64,000 bases of DNA from Candidatus Marinacidobacterium sp. (GTDB lineage Bacteria > Acidobacteriota > Vicinamibacteria > Marinacidobacterales > Marinacidobacteraceae), in NCBI GenBank assembly GCA_965204755.1, contig OZ242011.1, positions 224,001 through 288,000 of the forward strand, given 5' to 3'. Made by a program: the position numbers and the translations under genes. How positions within the stretch are numbered: the stretch's first letter is position 1; every line of letters begins with the position of its first letter. Positions 9,987 through 18,114 of this stretch are shown here, one piece after another. The notes below the pieces were generated by a model. The model was not told where the DNA came from. It did not search any database and saw only the letters and a program-made list of their open reading frames with translations.

Positions 9987-10072
9987 GGGGCGGGCAACCT
10001 TATCCGCCCCGGCCCCTCGGCCCCCCGGCCCTCCCGCGCCGACTTTCCGCCGGGTTTCGGCGGGCGCCCGGC

Positions 10073-10081
10073 TGTTATACT
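10073..10081 (+). promoter_or_regulatory. Extended -10 promoter element upstream of the rplM operon
   Basis: TGnTATACT, about 150 nt upstream of the probable rplM start, in a GC-rich background. Confidence 0.45.
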
Positions 10082-10228
10082 CATCCGGTTCGGGCGGCGC
10101 CGCGATCCAGCGGGTTCCGGGTGCGAGGAAGCGCCGGGAACTGCCAGGAGCGCGGATCGCCCGGATTTTTTTATCCGCCCTCGACCCCCCTCCCGACTCC
10201 CGACCCCGACTCCCTCCCGGACCCCGAC

Positions 10229-10738
10229 TTGTCCCGCTCCGCGAGCACGACCTTCCTCCGCGCGGCGGACCTCCGCCGCCGCTGGTTCGTGGTGGACGCG
10301 GAGGACGAGGTGCTCGGCCGGCTGGCCACCCGCGTGGCCCGCGTGCTCATCGGAAAGCACAAGCCCTCCTGGACGCCGTTCCTGGACTGCGGCGACCATG
10401 TGGTGGTGATCAACGCCGGGCGCGTCCGGCTCACCGGGCGCAAGGAAGAGGGCAAGACTTACTACCGGCAGAGCGGCCGCCCCGGCGGCTTGAAGTCGAG
10501 GACGGCGGCGCAGGTGCGGAAGGCGCATCCGGAGCGGCTGGTCGAGAGCGCCGTCCGGGGGATGCTCCCCAAGAACCGCCTGGGGCGGGCGCAGTTCGGC
10601 AAACTCAAGGTCTATGCCGGCGCCGAGCACCCCCACGAGGCGCAGACGCCGGAGCCCCTGCCGGACTTCCTCCGGCAGAAGAAGACCGCCGCGGAGACCC
10701 TCGGGAAGACCGCCGCCGGTTCGCCGGCGTCCGCCTGA
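10229..10738 (+). CDS. rplM: 50S ribosomal protein L13
   Basis: WFVVDAEDEVLGRLATRVARVLIGKHKP, GDHVVVINA and AVRGMLPKNRLGR; start uncertain (in-frame TTG 10229 chosen). Confidence 0.95.
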   Translation: MSRSASTTFLRAADLRRRWFVVDAEDEVLGRLATRVARVLIGKHKPSWTPFLDCGDHVVVINAGRVRLTGRKEEGKTYYRQSGRPGGLKSRTAAQVRKAHPERLVESAVRGMLPKNRLGRAQFGKLKVYAGAEHPHEAQTPEPLPDFLRQKKTAAETLGKTAAGSPASA

Positions 10739-11130
10739 TGTCCGCTCCGGTCGCCTACGGCACGGGCAAGCGCAAGTGCTCGATCGCCCGGGTGTACCTG
10801 CGCGAGGGCGAGGGCCACATCCTGGTGAACCACCGCTCGCTCGCCGACTACTTCCCCCGCGAGACCAACCGCAACCTGGTCGTCCAGCCGCTGCTCGCCA
10901 CCGAGCAGGGCAAGCGGTTCGATGTGGATGTCCGGGTCAAGGGCGGCGGGCTCTCCGGCCAGGCCGCCGCCGTGCGGCTGGGCATCGCCCGGGCGCTCAG
11001 CGACTCCGACGCGCGCCTCCGCCCGGAACTCAAGCGCCGGGGCTTCCTGACCCGGGACGCCCGCCGCAAGGAGCGCAAGAAGTACGGCCAGCCGGGCGCG
11101 CGCAAGCGCTTCCAGTACTCGAAGCGCTGA
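10738..11130 (+). CDS. rpsI: 30S ribosomal protein S9
   Basis: TGATG overlap with rplM; YGTGKRKCSIARV, GGGLSGQA and ERKKYGQPGARKRFQYSKR. Confidence 0.97.
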   Translation: MSAPVAYGTGKRKCSIARVYLREGEGHILVNHRSLADYFPRETNRNLVVQPLLATEQGKRFDVDVRVKGGGLSGQAAAVRLGIARALSDSDARLRPELKRRGFLTRDARRKERKKYGQPGARKRFQYSKR

Positions 11131-11262
11131 CGGGACTCGCCGTGGACCGCGCCAGCGCCGCCGGCAGTACGCGCTCCCTCTCCCCCCGCCGGAGATGACC
11201 CCGTTCGCGGCCGCCCGGCCGGCGCCCGCCGCCCCCGGGGCGGCGAAGGTTCGGTGAGCGGC

Positions 11263-12174
11263 ATGTCCTCCACCGTGACCATGAAGGAACTGCTGGAGGC
11301 GGGCCTCCACTTCGGCCACGAGACCAAGTGGTGGAACCCGCGGATGCGGCCCTACATCTACGGCCAGAAGAGCGGCATCCACATCGTGGACCTCCGCCAG
11401 ACGCTCCCGCTGTTCCGCAGCGCGCTGAACTTCGTCTCGCGGCTGGGCGCCGAGGGCAAGACCGTGCTCTTCGTCGGCACGAAGCGGCAGGCGCAGGAAG
11501 TCGTCGCCGCCGAGGCCGCGCGGGTGGACGCGTTCTATGTGAACCACCGCTGGCTGGGCGGCCTGCTGACGAACTTCGCCACGATCCGGAAGAGCGTGGC
11601 CCGGCTGCTGGAACTCCGGGAGATCATCGAGAGCGCGGACTTCAGCCGGTTCTCCAACAAGGCTTGGTCCCGGCTGGACAAGCGCCGCCGGCGGCTCGAG
11701 AAGACCCTCGCCGGGATCGAGAAGATGGAGCGCCTGCCCGACGCGGTCTGCATCGTGGACCCGAAGAACGAGATGATCGCCGTCCAGGAGGCGCGCAAAC
11801 TGGGGATCCCGATCGTCGCCATGGTGGACACCGACTGCGACCCGGACCTCATCGATTTCGTGATCCCGGGCAACGACGACGCGCTGCGCGCCATCCGGCT
11901 GTTCACCTCGCGCCTCGCCTCCGCCTTCGAGGAGGGCCGGCAGATGCTCGGCGCAGCGCCCTTCGACTCCGTCGAAGCCGACCTCGAAGCGAACGGCGGC
12001 GGCCCGGAGGGAGGCGGGGCTGAGGGCGGCGCCGCGCCGGACGCCCCCGCGCCCGGCCCTTCCCCGGCGCCCGCCGCCGGCGCCCCGTCCGCGCCGGCCG
12101 GGCCGACGCCGTCCGCCGCGCCGACGCCTTCCGCCGCGCCGACGCCGTCCGCCGGGCCGACCCCGCCGGGCTGA
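11263..12174 (+). CDS. rpsB: 30S ribosomal protein S2 with Pro/Ala-rich C-terminal tail
   Basis: ELLEAGLHFGH, LFVGTKRQA, RWLGGLLTNF and IPGNDDA. Confidence 0.97.
   Translation: MSSTVTMKELLEAGLHFGHETKWWNPRMRPYIYGQKSGIHIVDLRQTLPLFRSALNFVSRLGAEGKTVLFVGTKRQAQEVVAAEAARVDAFYVNHRWLGGLLTNFATIRKSVARLLELREIIESADFSRFSNKAWSRLDKRRRRLEKTLAGIEKMERLPDAVCIVDPKNEMIAVQEARKLGIPIVAMVDTDCDPDLIDFVIPGNDDALRAIRLFTSRLASAFEEGRQMLGAAPFDSVEADLEANGGGPEGGGAEGGAAPDAPAPGPSPAPAAGAPSAPAGPTPSAAPTPSAAPTPSAGPTPPG
12088..12170 (+). repeat. 18-bp tandem repeats encoding PTPSAA/PTPSAG in the rpsB tail
   Basis: About four ccgacgccgtccgccgcg-like units. Confidence 0.7.
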
Positions 12175-12268
12175 GTCCTCCCTCCCGACCGCAAGGCAAA
12201 CCCCTTCCTTCGCGCCGCCCCGCGGCGTTTCCCCATCCCGGCCCGAAGCAACGGCCCCCGCCCCCGCC

Positions 12269-12898
12269 ATGCCCCCGATCACCGCCCGGCAAGTCAAGGA
12301 ACTCCGCGACCTCACCGGCGCCGGGTTCGCCGACTGCAAGAAGGCGCTCGCCGACGCGGACGGGGACCGGGACGCCGCCGTCCGGCTGCTGCGCGAGAAG
12401 GGCGCGGCCGCCGCCGAAGGCCGGGCCGGGCGCGCCACCGGCGAGGGGATCGTCCACGCCTACATCCACCACGGCCGCATCGGGGTGATGGTGGAACTGG
12501 CCTGCGAGACCGACTTCGTCGCCCGGAACGAGAAGTTCCGCGAACTGGCGAACGACATCGCCATCCACATCGCGAGCAACTTCCCGGCGCCGGCCCGCTG
12601 GGTGGGCCGCGGCGAAGTCCCGGAGGCGGTGGTCGCCGACGAGACCGCGCTCATCCGGGCGCAACTGGCCAAGGACCCGAAGAACGCCAAGAAGCCGGAG
12701 GCGATCCTCGACCGGATCGTGAACGGCAAACTGGAGCGGTTCCTGGCGGAGCGCGTCCTCCTCGAACAGCAGTACGCGCTCGACGACTCGAAGAAGATGA
12801 CCGTCGCCGACCGGGTGACCGAGGCGGCGACCGCCATCAAGGAAAACCTGCGCGTCGTCCGCTTCGTCCGCTTCGAGCGCGGAGAAGCCGCCGGCTGA
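12269..12898 (+). CDS. tsf: Elongation factor Ts (short, about 200-aa type)
   Basis: VKELRDLTGAGFADCKKAL and ELACETDFVA; follows rpsB. Confidence 0.95.
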   Translation: MPPITARQVKELRDLTGAGFADCKKALADADGDRDAAVRLLREKGAAAAEGRAGRATGEGIVHAYIHHGRIGVMVELACETDFVARNEKFRELANDIAIHIASNFPAPARWVGRGEVPEAVVADETALIRAQLAKDPKNAKKPEAILDRIVNGKLERFLAERVLLEQQYALDDSKKMTVADRVTEAATAIKENLRVVRFVRFERGEAAG

Positions 12899-12950
12899 CC
12901 ATCCCGACCGGCCGGCCGGCGAGGCCGAATCCGGCCCGGCGAGACCCCTC

Positions 12951-13658
12951 ATGAGCCGGCCCCCGCGAGCGCTGCTGAAACTCTCCGGGCAGGCGCTCGG
13001 CGCGCCGGGGGAGACCGGCATCTCCACCGAGCGGGTGGAGGAGATGGCGGCGACCGTCGGCGCCATCCACCGGGACGGCGTCGAAATCGCCTGCATGATC
13101 GGCGGCGGCAACATCTTCCGGGGCCTCGGCTCGGAGGCGCGGGGCATGGACCGGGTCACCGCCGACTCCATGGGAATGCTGGCCACGCTCATCAACGCGC
13201 TCGCCCTCCAGGACGCGCTGGAGAAGCAGGGCTGCGAGACCCGGCTCCTCTCCGCGATCACCGTGCGCCAGGTGGCCGAGCCGTTCATCCGCCGGGTCGC
13301 GCTCCGGCACCTGGAGAAGCGGCGCATCGTCCTCTTCGCCGCCGGCACCGGGAACCCCTACTTCTCGACGGACACCGCGGCGGCGCTCCGGGCGAACGAG
13401 ATCCGCGCCGGGATCCTCATCAAGGCGACGCGGGTCCCGGGCGTCTTCACCGGCGACCCGGAGCGGGACCCGGAGGCGAAGCCCATCCGCCGGCTGACCT
13501 GGATGGAAGCCATCAGCCAGAAACTGCGATTCATGGACACGACGGCGATTTCGCTCTGCATGGAGAACTCCCTGCCGATCGTCGTCTGCCACCAGGAAGA
13601 TCTCCGCCGGGCGGCGAGCGGCGCCGATGTGGGGACGCGCGTGGGGCCTCCGGAGTAA
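12951..13658 (+). CDS. pyrH: UMP kinase
   Basis: LLKLSGQAL, GGGNIFRG, DSMGMLAT and GTGNPYFSTDTAAALRA. Confidence 0.96.
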   Translation: MSRPPRALLKLSGQALGAPGETGISTERVEEMAATVGAIHRDGVEIACMIGGGNIFRGLGSEARGMDRVTADSMGMLATLINALALQDALEKQGCETRLLSAITVRQVAEPFIRRVALRHLEKRRIVLFAAGTGNPYFSTDTAAALRANEIRAGILIKATRVPGVFTGDPERDPEAKPIRRLTWMEAISQKLRFMDTTAISLCMENSLPIVVCHQEDLRRAASGADVGTRVGPPE

Positions 13659-13717
13659 CGCCCCGCCCCGCGGCCGCCGCCCGACCGCCCGAACACTCCT
13701 CCCGGGAGGAAGACACC

Positions 13718-14278
13718 ATGACCACCCATCCGATCCTCGAAGAGTCCGGACGCCGCATGGACAAGACCGTCGAGATCTTCGAGCAGGAACTCGCCACCGT
13801 CCGCACCGGCCGCGCCTCGGTAACCCTGCTCGACTCGGTGCGGGTGGACTACTACGGGCAGTTGCTGCCGCTGAACCAGGTCGCCACCCTGAACACCCCG
13901 GACGCCAGCACGATCACCGTCCAGCCCTGGGAGCGGAACATGCTCGCGCCGGTGGACCGCGCCATCCGCGCCGCCGACCTCGACCTGAACCCGTCCTCGG
14001 ACGGCAACCTGCTGCGCATCCCCATTCCTCCGCTCAGCCGGGAGCGCCGCCAACAACTGGCGAAGACCATCAACCGGATGGCGGAGGAGCACAAGAACGC
14101 GCTGCGCCAGGTGCGGCGCGACGCGAACACGCGGCTGAAGCGGCTGGCGAAGGACAAGGAACTTTCCGACGACCAGGAGCATGATCTCGAAGGAGAGGTC
14201 CAGCGGGCCACCGACGCCCATGTGAAGCGCATCACCGACCTCGCCGCGCGCAAGGAAGCGAGCGTCCTCTCCGTCTGA
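13718..14278 (+). CDS. frr: Ribosome recycling factor
   Basis: VRTGRAS, VDYYG, IPPLSRERRQQL and RQVRRDAN. Confidence 0.96.
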   Translation: MTTHPILEESGRRMDKTVEIFEQELATVRTGRASVTLLDSVRVDYYGQLLPLNQVATLNTPDASTITVQPWERNMLAPVDRAIRAADLDLNPSSDGNLLRIPIPPLSRERRQQLAKTINRMAEEHKNALRQVRRDANTRLKRLAKDKELSDDQEHDLEGEVQRATDAHVKRITDLAARKEASVLSV

Positions 14279-14364
14279 CGCCCTCCGCCCGCCCTTCACC
14301 CCGCGCCCGCCGCTCGCCCTCCCGGACGCAGCGCCGCGCAGCGCCCCCGCCCCGCCCCGAAAGC

Positions 14365-15570
14365 ATGTCCGAAACCCCGTATTCCTTCCTGACGCGCCTC
14401 GAGTGCTCGATGACCGGCAAGCCGCACGACGCCGGCCGCTCGCAGAACCTCTCGGACGACAACTACCCGCTGCTCGCGCGATACGACCTCGCCGCCGCCC
14501 GCGAGTCGTTCACCCCGGAGTCGCTGCGCGACCGCCCGTTCGACCTGTGGCGGTACCACGAGGTATTGCCCATCCGGGAAGAGCGCCACTGCGTGAAACT
14601 CGGCGAAGGCGGCACCCCCCTCCACCGCGCCCCGCGGCTCGAAGCCGAACTCGGCGTCGGCGAACTCCACATCAAGGACGAGGGGATGAACCCGACGGGC
14701 AGTTTCAAGGACCGCGGGTTGTGTCTCGCCGTCTCCGCCGCCTACCAGTTCGGCGCGCCCGAAGTGGCGCTCCCCTCGGCGGGGAACGCCGGCGGCGCCG
14801 CGGCCGCCTACGCCGCCCGCGCCGGGATGAACTGCGTGGTCGCCGTCCCCCGCGACTGCCCGGAGGTGAACCGCATCGAGGCGTCGGTGTACGGCGCGGA
14901 AGTCCATACCGTGGACGGACTCATCTCCGACGCCGGGAAACTCATCGCCGAGATGGCGGCGGAGCGCGGCCTCTTCGAGTTGGCGACGCTCAAGGAGCCG
15001 TTCCGCATCGAAGGCAAGAAGACCATGGCCTACGAGGTCTTCGAACAACTCGGCCGCGTCCCCGAGGTCATCCTCTACCCCACCGGCGGCGGCACCGGGC
15101 TCATCGGCATGTGGAAGGCCTTCGCCGAGATGGAGCAGTTGGGCTGGATCGGCCCGGAACGACCGCGCATGGTGTCCGTCCAGGCGGAAGGCTGCGCGCC
15201 CATACCCCGCGCCTACGAAGCCGGCGAGGAGTCGGCGCCGCTGTGGGAGAACGCCCGGACGGTAGCGTCGGGGCTTCGCGTGCCGAAGGCCCTCGGCGAC
15301 TTCCTCATCCTCCGCGCCGTCCGCGAGAGCGGCGGAACCGCCATCGCGGTCAGCGACGACGACCTGATGCGCGACGCCCGCCGCATCGCCTCCGCCGAAG
15401 GCATCTTCGCCGCCCCGGAAGGCGGCGCCTGCCTGACGGCGCTGCGGCGGATGCGCGAATCCGGCGCCGTGTCTTCCGAGGACACCGTCGTCCTCTTCAA
15501 CACGGGCACCGGCGCCAAGTATGTGGAAGCCTTCCTCGGCGGCGCCGCCCCGGCCCACGCCGAGATCTGA
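14365..15570 (+). CDS. thrC: Threonine synthase (PLP fold II)
   Basis: LGEGGTPL, NPTGSFKDRG, SAGNAG, EPFRIEGKKT, YPTGGGTG and FNTGTG. Confidence 0.85.
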   Translation: MSETPYSFLTRLECSMTGKPHDAGRSQNLSDDNYPLLARYDLAAARESFTPESLRDRPFDLWRYHEVLPIREERHCVKLGEGGTPLHRAPRLEAELGVGELHIKDEGMNPTGSFKDRGLCLAVSAAYQFGAPEVALPSAGNAGGAAAAYAARAGMNCVVAVPRDCPEVNRIEASVYGAEVHTVDGLISDAGKLIAEMAAERGLFELATLKEPFRIEGKKTMAYEVFEQLGRVPEVILYPTGGGTGLIGMWKAFAEMEQLGWIGPERPRMVSVQAEGCAPIPRAYEAGEESAPLWENARTVASGLRVPKALGDFLILRAVRESGGTAIAVSDDDLMRDARRIASAEGIFAAPEGGACLTALRRMRESGAVSSEDTVVLFNTGTGAKYVEAFLGGAAPAHAEI

Positions 15571-15598
15571 CCCGCCTCGACCCGATGGAGCAGCCCGC

Positions 15599-16030
15599 AT
15601 GATCGCCACGACCATCGCGATCGCGCTCCTCGCCGCGCAACCGCCGACCGGCGGCGCCCGCTCGCCGTCCGGCGGCTGGTTCGCGGCCGCGCTCTCCCGC
15701 CCCCAGCCCCGGCCCCCGACCTGCCACAGCGGCCCGGCCCTCGAAGTCCCTGTCGCGGCGGGAACGCGAATCCATGTTCGTCGGCTCGCCCGCCGCAACG
15801 GAAACAAGACGCTCGATCTGCTCTCGGTGGACCGACGCCAGCCGATCACCCTCGACTGCGCGCGAGTCAGCCGACGCAGGAACTCCGTGGCCTTCGCCTG
15901 GAAACACCGGGGCGAACGCTGCCGGGAGCGGTACCGGCTCGTCTTCGAGGTCGCCGGCGACCCGGATTCCGGCGGCCCGAAACGCTGCGCGGTGCCGATC
16001 CGCCCGGTGCGGGAGGACACCCGGCACTGA
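15599..16030 (+). CDS. Hypothetical protein with hydrophobic N-terminus
   Basis: ATG 15599 in ORF 15521..16030; signal-like MIATTIAIALLAA; four Cys; no recognised family. Confidence 0.45.
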   Translation: MIATTIAIALLAAQPPTGGARSPSGGWFAAALSRPQPRPPTCHSGPALEVPVAAGTRIHVRRLARRNGNKTLDLLSVDRRQPITLDCARVSRRRNSVAFAWKHRGERCRERYRLVFEVAGDPDSGGPKRCAVPIRPVREDTRH

Positions 16031-16060
16031 CCCTTACCGCCGTACGGGGACGAAAAGACG

Positions 16061-16122
16061 ACGGTCCGCAAACTCATCGAGGTGGCGCTGCCCCTCGATG
16101 ACATCAACCGGACGGCGGCGCG
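16061..16122 (+). pseudogene. 5' fragment of a DUF1156 methylase gene (direct repeat of 18121..18182)
   Basis: Encodes TVRKLIEVALPLDDINRTAAR versus TVRKLIEVALPLDAINKAAAR in the intact gene; DNA nearly identical. Confidence 0.8.
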
Positions 16123-16123
16123 C

Positions 16124-16408
16124 GGCCGCCGAGGCCGAGGTCGCCGCCCGCCGCACCCCGGAGGGGTTGCCGCCGCGCGACTTCCCGACGCTGATCCAGC
16201 ACCTCGGGCCCCTCACCCTCAACACCGTCCGCGCCCCCGGCCGGAACGCCTCCTTCCCGATGCGCGCGAACCCTACCCGGCTCCGGGCAACGGCCTTCGA
16301 CCTGCTCCGCCTTTCCGCCTCCGCGTAGCCAGCCCCGAACACCCCCCGCTTCCCGGATCCCCCGTCCGTTCCTGGACTTCCGACCTCTTGCCCCTTGGAA
16401 CTTCCGCC
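16124..16408 (+). mobile_element. IS1634-family transposase 3' remnant with possible right end
   Basis: RRTPEGLPPRDFPTLIQHLGPLTLNTV...PTRLRATAFDLL* (stop 16328) matches my recollection of the IS1634 C-terminus (T.DGLPVHSF.TLL..L..LT.N.V...PT.LQ..AF.LL); GGAACTTCCG near 16397 may be the terminal IR. Confidence 0.6.
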
Positions 16409-16409
16409 G

Positions 16410-16600
16410 AGACGGACGCCATCGAGAGGGCGTTCCCCCTTCTCGACGAACCGATGACTTTCCTCGCCATCGCAGGCTTCGGCGCGACCGGGCCGGCGGG
16501 CAACATCCGCCGCGACTCCGAGCGCGCCGCCGAAAACGACTTCCGCGCGTTTTTCCGAGGCGTCGGCATCTACACGATGTCGGGGCGACTCCACGCGTGA
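16410..16600 (+). pseudogene. Possible fragment of a GHKL-ATPase-like protein
   Basis: FLAIAGFGATGPAGN...ENDFRAFFRGVG resembles the L.I.DFGT.GL.G...F..F.R..G pattern of HATPase-like proteins; no start of its own. Confidence 0.3.
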
Positions 16601-17559
16601 ACCCGAAGAGCGCCTGGAGGCTGATTCTCGCGCTCCCGGGCGCGGACCGGTTCCTCATCCGGAGATGGGGCCTCGCCTCGCCGTGCCCTTCGGGGGCGGC
16701 GGCTTCGGCGCGATACTGCTACGCCACTTGGCTGACCCATCTCATTCACGCCAACGAATCCCCGCGCCCACCGCCACCAGATCCGGTCGTCGTCGAAATC
16801 GGCCCCGGCAGTTCGCTGGGCGCGGGCTTCGCGGCGCTGCTCTCGGGCGCGTCCCGCTACTACGGTCTCGATGTCGTGGAACACGCGACGAAGGAGAACA
16901 ACCTGCGCGTCTTCGAGGAGTTGGTGCAACTGTTCCATCGCCGAGCGAGCGTTCCGGACGGCGATGAGTTCCCGCGCATGAAAGGACTGCTGCAAACTCA
17001 CGACTTCCCCGGCGGCGCGCTTGGGGTGGATCGCCTGCGAGCCGCGCTCCGCCCCGAGCGCATCGAACGCCTGAGGCATGCCGCCGCCGGCGTCGGGACG
17101 GAAGCGTCCTGCATCGTCCCGTGGACGGCTACCGACCTCCCGGAGGAATCCGTCGATTTCGCCTTCTCTCAATATACGATGGAGCATGTGGACGACTTGC
17201 CCGCGGTTTACAAGGCGGTGAGTCCGTTTCTGAGGGTCGGAGGCATCGTTTCGCACTTGATCGGCTTCGATTCGCATGGAATTACGCCGGAGTGGAACGG
17301 ACATTGGACTTTCGGAGACCTCCGCTGGAAGTTCTCACGAGGCCGACGGCTCTATTGGCTGAACCGCGAGCCCTTGTCCACCCACCTCGCGCTGCTGCGC
17401 GAGAACGGTTTCGAGATCATCCGCCAGGTAAGCGTAGGTAACGATGGACGCGACGGCCCGTCCGTTTCCCGAAGCGCGCTCGCGCGCCGGTTTCGACATA
17501 TCTCGCAGGATGACTTCACTTGCGAGATCGCGCTTGTCCAGGCGGTGAAGGTTCGCTGA
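16597..17559 (+). CDS. Class I SAM-dependent methyltransferase
   Basis: VVEIGPGSSLG, YYGLDV, SVDFAFSQYTMEHVDD and LRVGG. Confidence 0.8.
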   Translation: MNPKSAWRLILALPGADRFLIRRWGLASPCPSGAAASARYCYATWLTHLIHANESPRPPPPDPVVVEIGPGSSLGAGFAALLSGASRYYGLDVVEHATKENNLRVFEELVQLFHRRASVPDGDEFPRMKGLLQTHDFPGGALGVDRLRAALRPERIERLRHAAAGVGTEASCIVPWTATDLPEESVDFAFSQYTMEHVDDLPAVYKAVSPFLRVGGIVSHLIGFDSHGITPEWNGHWTFGDLRWKFSRGRRLYWLNREPLSTHLALLRENGFEIIRQVSVGNDGRDGPSVSRSALARRFRHISQDDFTCEIALVQAVKVR

Positions 17560-17699
17560 ATCCGTGAGTCGGTCATGGGTGGTCTTCTCCGCCAGAGTGA
17601 GCAACTTGGAGCACCGACGCTGAGTATGCTCGCACTTACTTCCCTCGCGGCCCGCCATGTGCGGGGCCAACCCGCCCGGCAAACCCGGGCGAGTGCTCG

Positions 17700-18107
17700 A
17701 TGACCGACATCCTGAGCAACCCGATCACCGTCCCATTCTTGGCCGGCGTCGGCGTCCTTCTCGTGAAGATCGCAATAGACCGGGCACATAACCGGAAGCC
17801 GCCACGAATGGAGTTCAGTCTCGACTGCGGGAAGGAGCGGAAATGGAGAAAACTTCCGGCGTCGGCTGCGATCGAATGGTCGGGTGAGGAGTTGAAGACT
17901 TTCGATCAGCATGACCGGTTCGGCCAACTGATCGTTCCGCAGGCGAACATGCCAAAAGCCATTGCGAGGCATCGTGGAATGTTCCATGTTCGTTTCCTCG
18001 AGAACGGAAATGCCGTGGAAGTGTCCACTGACGGAACTGCCGCCGACGGACGCCGACCATCGGGCGACGGGCTCTATCGGATCGGCGTTACGAGGCGCCT
18101 TGCGTGA
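17700..18107 (+). CDS. Hypothetical protein with N-terminal TM helix
   Basis: ITVPFLAGVGVLLVKIAI hydrophobic segment; lower GC; ends 7 nt before the methylase start. Confidence 0.6.
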   Translation: MTDILSNPITVPFLAGVGVLLVKIAIDRAHNRKPPRMEFSLDCGKERKWRKLPASAAIEWSGEELKTFDQHDRFGQLIVPQANMPKAIARHRGMFHVRFLENGNAVEVSTDGTAADGRRPSGDGLYRIGVTRRLA

Positions 18108-18114
18108 TGAGCCC

